Assembly: GCA_965197905.1 (NCBI GenBank)
Contig: CBDAOB010000004.1
Coordinates: 1,472,001-1,536,000, forward strand
Direction of reading: 5' to 3'
Length of the DNA stretch: 64,000 nt
Origin: Candidatus Latescibacterota bacterium
GTDB lineage: Bacteria > Latescibacterota > UBA2968 > UBA8231
The translations under genes and the position numbers were made by a program. The notes below the pieces were generated by a model that was not told the DNA's origin, made no database searches, and was given only the letters and a program-made list of their open reading frames with translations. Shown here in pieces: positions 57,177 through 64,000 of the stretch. Each line of letters opens with the position of its first letter. The stretch's first letter is position 1.

Positions 57177-58154
57177 ATGAACCTTTGGCGCAAAGAGTTG
57201 CCATCGGCAGCTCCCATCCCTACCCTCCGCGCCCCGGTACCACCCTTGCCAGCCGCGCCTCGACGCGGCTTGCGCGAGAGGGCCGAAACTCCCGCGTGGA
57301 AACATCTTGTGCTGTTCGTTCTCACCTTGCTTTCGATGGCCGTCGCCGGTGCCATGCAACAAGGGGTAAATCCGCTCGGCAGTATGTCGAGCCTCGTGCA
57401 CCTGGTGGAGGGCATACCTTTTGCGGCGACGCTGCTGGGAATCCTAGCTGTCCACGAATTTGGCCACTACTTTGCCGCTCGCCGCTGGGGCGTCAAGGCA
57501 TCCTTGCCCTACTTTCTGCCCCTGCCCTACATATCAATCCTCGGAACATTGGGGGCCGTGATTAGAATCCGCTCACCCATCCCACACAAACGCGCCCTCA
57601 TGGATATTGGCGCCGCCGGGCCTCTGGCCGGGCTAGCTGTTGCCGTGGTTGCATGTGCGGTCGGATTGGCACATTCCACCGTCGTGGACGCCGACTATTT
57701 TCAATGGCGGCCCGTACAGCTGGGAGCCCCGCTGTTGTTTCAGGGCATCTACTCCCTGTTGTTGCCCGAAGTTGCCCCAAACCAGCTGGTGTTGCTCAGT
57801 CCCATCGCTTTCGCCGGGTGGGTCGGCCTGTTCATAACCGCGCTCAACCTCTTGCCCGTCGGTCAGTTGGATGGCGGGCACATCGCCTACGCACTTTTCG
57901 GCCGGTGGTTCCGCCATCTCGCCCGTGTCACCTTCGTTTGCTTGCTGGGTATGAGCAGCTATAATATTTTACAGTGGGGCTGGGCGCAGTCGCCCGTATG
58001 GCTGGTGTTGGCGTTGATTCTGGTCATGCTGGGAACGGACCATCCTCCACCCCGCGATCCCGTTCCGATTCTGGGACCCGGGCGCAAGATCGTGGGTATC
58101 TTGTGTTTGGTGGCGTTCGCCGCCTGTTTTACTCCCCTTCCGTTTCGCCTGTAG
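57177..58154 (+). CDS. Site-2 protease (M50 family)
   Basis: HEFGH, GTLGAVI, IG.AGPLAG and NLLPVGQLDGGH motifs. Start at the ATG at 57177. Confidence 0.9.
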   Translation: MNLWRKELPSAAPIPTLRAPVPPLPAAPRRGLRERAETPAWKHLVLFVLTLLSMAVAGAMQQGVNPLGSMSSLVHLVEGIPFAATLLGILAVHEFGHYFAARRWGVKASLPYFLPLPYISILGTLGAVIRIRSPIPHKRALMDIGAAGPLAGLAVAVVACAVGLAHSTVVDADYFQWRPVQLGAPLLFQGIYSLLLPEVAPNQLVLLSPIAFAGWVGLFITALNLLPVGQLDGGHIAYALFGRWFRHLARVTFVCLLGMSSYNILQWGWAQSPVWLVLALILVMLGTDHPPPRDPVPILGPGRKIVGILCLVAFAACFTPLPFRL

Positions 58155-58157
58155 ATC

Positions 58158-58889
58158 GTGCGGGCCACCTGTTTCGCACTCGCAACGTTTTTCTCTTTGA
58201 CTGCCGGTTGCGGACTAGACGACAGGGCGCAGGTTTCCTGCCGCTGTACCGATGAAACGAATCTGGCGGACTTTCCCGATTGTGTCAGCGGGGCTCGACC
58301 TACACCCGACAACCCATTCACGACTCAGTTGCCCGACTGCCCTAGCGGGCAGCTGCTCATTCTGGCCGAGCCGACCCGGCCGGAGTTCGTCCTGGAGAAC
58401 CTACGCACCGTGTTTGAAGCCCGTCCCCAGACACGCAACGTAAACCAGTATATGGACCAACTGGCAGAGAATTTTACCTTCGTTCCGGATGCGGATGACA
58501 TTGCTCTGCACCCTGAGGTCTACGACACCGGCGCGGACACTCTGTGGAATCGGGAGCGGGAACGGCGCTTCGCGCGGGTGATTCTGGACCCCCTGTTGGT
58601 GCAAACCGTGCGTTTTCGGCGGTGGTATCAATCCTCGCGGGACGAGCGCATCATCTCGTCCGACGGGCTGCGACAAAGTTATATCTTTCCCTATGAAGTG
58701 GACTTTGACAGGGTGCCCGACGAGAGCGGCGCAATGGAGATGTTCACTATTGCAGGTCGTGCCGAGATCAGTTGCGTCACGCCGACGCTGCAAAATCCGG
58801 TCTGGACCGTAGAGGAATGGATAGACCTGCGTGATTCAGAAAGCGTGCATCGTTCCTGGGGAGAGATCAGGGCCGAGTTTTTCCGCTGA
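58158..58889 (+). CDS. Hypothetical lipoprotein with a Cys-rich N-terminus
   Basis: Lipobox-like TAGC; four further Cys in the next ~45 residues; P..V.ENL...Y...L...F.F and C-terminal W....W.D motifs. Confidence 0.72.
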   Translation: MRATCFALATFFSLTAGCGLDDRAQVSCRCTDETNLADFPDCVSGARPTPDNPFTTQLPDCPSGQLLILAEPTRPEFVLENLRTVFEARPQTRNVNQYMDQLAENFTFVPDADDIALHPEVYDTGADTLWNRERERRFARVILDPLLVQTVRFRRWYQSSRDERIISSDGLRQSYIFPYEVDFDRVPDESGAMEMFTIAGRAEISCVTPTLQNPVWTVEEWIDLRDSESVHRSWGEIRAEFFR

Positions 58890-58896
58890 CCAGCGA

Positions 58897-59568
58897 ATGA
58901 GCGATATGCGAAAAATGCTTCTGACCTTCGCCGGAGTCGTGTTGCTGGCAGCGTGCTCCAATCCGTTCGCGCCGGAGAAGCAGACCCCTGAAGGCACGAC
59001 ACAACAGCCGGCGCCGGCCGCCGAGACCCCCCAGCTCCTGATCGACAACCTGCATCGAGCTATGCGCGATCGCGACAAGGATCTCTACGAAACATTGCTC
59101 GACGAGCGGTTCTGGTTTACGGAGGACAACTGCCAGGGTGACCTTGTGCTAGCCAATGGCAAGGAAGAGGAATTGGAGATCATGGGCGGCAGTCGGGATA
59201 GCGATCGGCCGGGCATATTTCAGATTTTTCGCACCTTCGAATTCGATTTTCAGACCATTGCCCGCTCACGGGAGTTGGGCAGCGAGTACCCGAATGCGTT
59301 CGAGGACGATCCGGACGGCCACCCCGACGAAGACTGGGATGTGTTCAGAGGTCGCGTGCAGATGTTGATTCTGGATGAGGGTGGTGACGGCTTTCGCGTA
59401 GACCAGATCATGACGTATAAGCTACGACTCGATGATGCAGGGATCTGGCGCATGATTCGGTGGATCGATGACCCGCTCAGCGGAGACTGCGGCGGGCCGG
59501 CACGCAAAGAGATTGCCCAGTTGATCCCCTGGGCTTTGGCGAAACGAGGGTTTCCGGGTGCCGACTAG
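58897..59568 (+). CDS. Hypothetical lipoprotein (related to the upstream gene)
   Basis: Lipobox LAAC-SNPFAP; TP..LIDNL..A......Y..LL...F.F and C-terminal W....W.D motifs. Start is 58897 or 58906. Confidence 0.75.
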   Translation: MSDMRKMLLTFAGVVLLAACSNPFAPEKQTPEGTTQQPAPAAETPQLLIDNLHRAMRDRDKDLYETLLDERFWFTEDNCQGDLVLANGKEEELEIMGGSRDSDRPGIFQIFRTFEFDFQTIARSRELGSEYPNAFEDDPDGHPDEDWDVFRGRVQMLILDEGGDGFRVDQIMTYKLRLDDAGIWRMIRWIDDPLSGDCGGPARKEIAQLIPWALAKRGFPGAD

Positions 59569-59678
59569 TACCGTCCACTTCTAGCGTACACAACGCGGGA
59601 TCCAGCCCCGGTTCCGCCCTTCCCAGGTGACTCGGTCTTGCGCCTGGTCCCTCACATCCCCTGAGATCCGACCGCAAC

Positions 59679-60842
59679 TTGGCTAAACGCGCAAAAATGG
59701 CACGCCGGCAGCGGCGTCCGTTGTGGCATCTCGCACTCAGCGCAGTGCTGGTTTTCGGCGCTGTGTCGGCGGCCCTCTACCTGCATTGGGAGGCGGAGTT
59801 CCGCGAGGATACGGCGGCGGCGCAAGCCCGCGATGCCCGTCGAGCAAGCGAGAATGCCGCGGCGTTGGGTGACCGGATAGCGGCAAAGTTGGGAGAAACG
59901 CTGGAGGAACTGGGTATCGGAGCCGACCTGGTGGAAAGGCGCGCCGAGCCGCAGCCGAACTCGAGCGCTCGGTACCAGTTCCGCGTGCGTGTACCCGGCG
60001 ATCTGCCGTTGACTACGGTGAATCTGCAGATCACTCGCCTGGTGCGCGCGCAAGGCGGGTTGATTTTGCGCGCGGTGGAATACGAGCGAACCGGCAGAGT
60101 GCAACTTCATTGTGGCCTCGATACCATCGAAATCGCTACGATAGAGCTGCTCAGATCCCGGTCCCTTCTGCGCCGGGCTGGAAAGATCGCCATCGTCATC
60201 GACGATTTCGGCCATACGAGCCAGCGATTGGTCAAGCAATTCTGTCAGCTCCCCTTTCCCCTCACCTTGGCCGTGCTGCCCAACGAGGGTCGGGGAGACG
60301 CCATCGCGGAAAGAGCGCTGGCGGCAGGACATGAGGTGTTGGTTCACCTGCCGATGGAGCCGGATGGCTACCCGGAAAACGATCCTGGACCCGACGCCGT
60401 TATGGTGGACCAGGATGCCGATGAAATTCGCTGGCACGTGCGGCAGGCGATCGACCATGTCCCCGGCGCCGTCGGCTTGAACAACCATATGGGGTCACGG
60501 GCGACCGCGGATGCGCGGGTAATGGGGTTGGTGTTGGAAGAGGTGTCGCGCCATCCGTTGTTTTTTCTCGACAGCCGCACGACCCCCGAGTCGCAGGGAT
60601 GGAAAATAGCGCAGGAGGCCGGCATTCCCTCCATCCAACGGGATCTATTTATTGATCCCCTCGAAGAAGCTACCTCGGTGGAAGAGAACCTGTGGGAGCT
60701 GGCGGAGTTGGCCGCCCGCAACGGGCATGCCGTGGGCGTCGGTCACGATCGGCAACAGACCTTGAGCGCCCTCGAGTACGTCCTGCCGCGGTTGGAGCGA
60801 AGGGGCTTCCGCTTTGTCCCCGTTTCCCAGCTGGCGCAGTGA
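59679..60842 (+). CDS. Divergent polysaccharide deacetylase (YibQ-like), membrane-anchored
   Basis: AIVIDDFG, HLPMEP, G.NNHMGS, FLDSRT, D.FID and A...GH motifs; N-terminal TM. Confidence 0.9.
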   Translation: MAKRAKMARRQRRPLWHLALSAVLVFGAVSAALYLHWEAEFREDTAAAQARDARRASENAAALGDRIAAKLGETLEELGIGADLVERRAEPQPNSSARYQFRVRVPGDLPLTTVNLQITRLVRAQGGLILRAVEYERTGRVQLHCGLDTIEIATIELLRSRSLLRRAGKIAIVIDDFGHTSQRLVKQFCQLPFPLTLAVLPNEGRGDAIAERALAAGHEVLVHLPMEPDGYPENDPGPDAVMVDQDADEIRWHVRQAIDHVPGAVGLNNHMGSRATADARVMGLVLEEVSRHPLFFLDSRTTPESQGWKIAQEAGIPSIQRDLFIDPLEEATSVEENLWELAELAARNGHAVGVGHDRQQTLSALEYVLPRLERRGFRFVPVSQLAQ

Positions 60843-61973
<1,131 letters not shown>

Positions 61974-62054
61974 TATTCTTTAGATTGAGAAAAATTTCTT
62001 CATGACGGCCTGCGTTGCGGGCCTCATCCGGCTTACGAAGGAAAGGAACCCGCC

Positions 62055-62384
62055 TTGTTCGATTTGATCGATTCCGCCCATGCCATGGGCGCCTCTCCCG
62101 ACGGCGCGGAGGGGGGCAATCCCATTCTGTCTTTGCTTCCGTTCATCCTCATGTTCGTCGTTCTCTATCTGCTCATCCTGCGTCCACAGATCAAGAAGCA
62201 GAAAAACCAGCAAAAGATGGTGGATGAGTTGAAGAAGGGCGATGCCGTTGTGACCAGTGGTGGTATCCACGGTGTCATCACCAACCTCAAGGATGAAGTC
62301 ATGGTGTTGAAGGTGGCCGAAAACGTGAAGATCGAGGTTTCCCGCAGCGCTGTATCCCGTGTCAAAGCCAGCGAAAAAAGCTAG
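62055..62384 (+). CDS. yajC: Preprotein translocase subunit YajC
   Basis: TM helix, RPQ.K and LKKGD.V.T.GGI.G motifs; follows tgt. Confidence 0.93.
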   Translation: MFDLIDSAHAMGASPDGAEGGNPILSLLPFILMFVVLYLLILRPQIKKQKNQQKMVDELKKGDAVVTSGGIHGVITNLKDEVMVLKVAENVKIEVSRSAVSRVKASEKS

Positions 62385-62432
62385 TTGGCGAAATACGGTT
62401 ATCCTGGCCAGGTTCCGCCTTGCTGACGCGCG

Positions 62433-63362
62433 ATGAAAATCGTTTTCATGGGAACACCGCAGTTTGCCGTGCCCTCGCTGACCCGTCTGGCGATCAGCGC
62501 CCACCAGATCATCGCCGTAGTTACGAATCCGGATAGCCGTCAGGGACGAGGACGTAGAGCGGCTCCCCCGGCGGTCAAGGTGGCCGCGGTCGATCTCGGC
62601 CTCGAGGTGGTGCAGCAGCAGGACCTGCATTCGGCAGAGCTCGCCGAGCGCTTGGCGGCCCTCCAGCCCGACCTGTTTGCCGTGGTGGCTTTCTCCATCC
62701 TGCCCGCCCGACTTCTCGAGATTCCGCGCCTCGGAGCCATCAACCTGCATCCCTCACTGCTGCCCGCCTATCGCGGCGCCGCACCGGTCATCTGGGCGGT
62801 TATCAACGGGGAATCGACGACGGGGATCACCACCTTCTATCTAGATGCGCGCGTCGATGCCGGCGACATTCTCATGCAGGAAAACGTCGCCATCGACCCC
62901 GACGAAACAGCGGGCCAACTGGAGGCTCGTTTGAGCGCGGTGGGTTCCCGGTTAATGCTGGCCACGGTTGACGGTATTGCCAACGGAACGCTGACACCCC
63001 AACGGCAAACGGGGCGGGCATTCCCACGGGCCCCGAAGCTTCGAAAAGAGGATGGGCGCATTGACTGGGACCGACCCGCCGAAACGGTGCGCAACCACAT
63101 TCGCGGCGCCAACCCGGTGCCCGGAGCGTTTACCGATTGGGAGAGGGGTCCGCTGAAGATTCTACGCGCCCAACGGGTCGAATGTGCGGAGCTCGAGGTA
63201 CCCGGGACGGTGTTGACCGCGGGTCCCCGCGAGGGGCTGATCGTCGCTGCACAAGACGCCGGATTGCTTCTCCAGCAGGTGCAACCCGCCGGCAAGGGGC
63301 CGATGGAGGGTGCGGCTTTTGTTCGCGGCTACGGAATATCCCCCGGAGAGCGATTCGAATGA
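62433..63362 (+). CDS. fmt: Methionyl-tRNA formyltransferase
   Basis: FMGTP.FA, GRG, NLHPSLLP.YRGAAP and DAGD motifs. Confidence 0.96.
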   Translation: MKIVFMGTPQFAVPSLTRLAISAHQIIAVVTNPDSRQGRGRRAAPPAVKVAAVDLGLEVVQQQDLHSAELAERLAALQPDLFAVVAFSILPARLLEIPRLGAINLHPSLLPAYRGAAPVIWAVINGESTTGITTFYLDARVDAGDILMQENVAIDPDETAGQLEARLSAVGSRLMLATVDGIANGTLTPQRQTGRAFPRAPKLRKEDGRIDWDRPAETVRNHIRGANPVPGAFTDWERGPLKILRAQRVECAELEVPGTVLTAGPREGLIVAAQDAGLLLQQVQPAGKGPMEGAAFVRGYGISPGERFE

Positions 63363-63814
63363 AGGCTGAACGAGGTATGCGGATCGCCTCAGGGATCTTG
63401 TCATGCCTCCTCTTTGTGGGATTTTCCCAGGCAGCGGCGCAGGAAAATGAGATTGCGGCTGCCAACGACAGTTTGCCGGTCAACCCGCGGAGCGCCTTGT
63501 TGCGCTCGGCAGTAGTACCTGGATGGGGCCAATGGCACAATGGTCACCCCTGGAAGGCGGCGCTGTTCGCTGGAGCTGCATCCGGTTTTCTCACCAGCGC
63601 GCTGCTGGAGGTTCGATCCTTGGACGACGCCACCACGGCGGCGGAGCGGGAGACGCGGTCCAACCGACGCAACACCCGGTTCCTCTACTTCGGATTGACC
63701 GTTACCCTGGCCGCCATTGACGCCTTCGTCGACGCGCACCTGGCCGGCTTTGACCGGATTGGCGTGGCGCCTTCCAAGGGTGCGATTTATATGCGACTCG
63801 ACCTGCGTCGGTAG
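63359..63814 (+). CDS. DUF5683-like membrane protein
   Basis: P..A...SAVVPGWGQ..N...WK and IDAFVDAHL..F motifs; ATGA overlap with fmt. Confidence 0.78.
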   Translation: MKAERGMRIASGILSCLLFVGFSQAAAQENEIAAANDSLPVNPRSALLRSAVVPGWGQWHNGHPWKAALFAGAASGFLTSALLEVRSLDDATTAAERETRSNRRNTRFLYFGLTVTLAAIDAFVDAHLAGFDRIGVAPSKGAIYMRLDLRR

Positions 63815-63845
63815 CCGTACCCGAGCCGACAGCTTTCGGGTGCGG
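63815..63845 (+). terminator. Stem-loop after the last gene, possible terminator
   Basis: CCGTACCCGAG/TTCGGGTGCGG 11-bp stem (2 G-U pairs); U-tract is weak. Confidence 0.4.
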
Positions 63846-63967
63846 ATCTTCGGTAACATCTCCGTAACCCTCGTTACCCAAACAATTCTCCCACCATATT
63901 GTCGTCCTGCCTGAACCGTTCCTGGCCCATCGATTGCACCATCATGGTGCAAACAAGGGAGCGGAAC

Positions 63968-64000
63968 GTGGCCAATTTTTTTCGTGGAGCCTGTTTCATC
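63968..64000 (+). CDS. Probable start of the next gene (partial)
   Basis: AAGGGAG followed by GTG at 63968; open to the window end. Confidence 0.3.
   Translation, partial: MANFFRGACFI

Overview
A GC-rich (roughly 60-65% by eye), gene-dense bacterial chromosome segment that is mostly core genome. It carries purine genes (purN, purC), acnA, pdxST, ino1, uppS-cdsA-rseP-queG, ftsY, a riboflavin operon running into nusB and secA, tgt-yajC-fmt, and tRNA-Glu(TTC). PorV/PorQ-like barrels, a FlgD-Ig/T9SS-like C-terminal domain, DUF5683 and a long SecA suggest an FCB-superphylum lineage outside the well-studied Bacteroidota, such as Latescibacterota (inference). I found no CRISPR array, prophage, integrase or transposase. 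The best candidates for an undescribed system are: (i) a co-oriented envelope cluster at 53.6-60.8 kb (Asp-box propeller with a T9SS-like CTD, two PorV-like barrels, an M50 protease, two related lipoproteins and a YibQ-like protein); (ii) a secreted, circularly permuted SpoIVB/S55 protease coupled to a beta-propeller partner at the head of the riboflavin operon; (iii) a compact deaminase with an RdrB-like insertion directly behind sat; (iv) two GT-C glycosyltransferase-TPR fusions; (v) a ~165-nt MITE/ERIC-like hairpin between pdxS and pdxT that covers the probable pdxT RBS; (vi) a RibBA whose DHBP-synthase domain looks catalytically degenerate; and (vii) a LysR regulator divergent from ino1 with a clear operator. 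All family assignments come from motif recognition by eye and have not been confirmed by database search.
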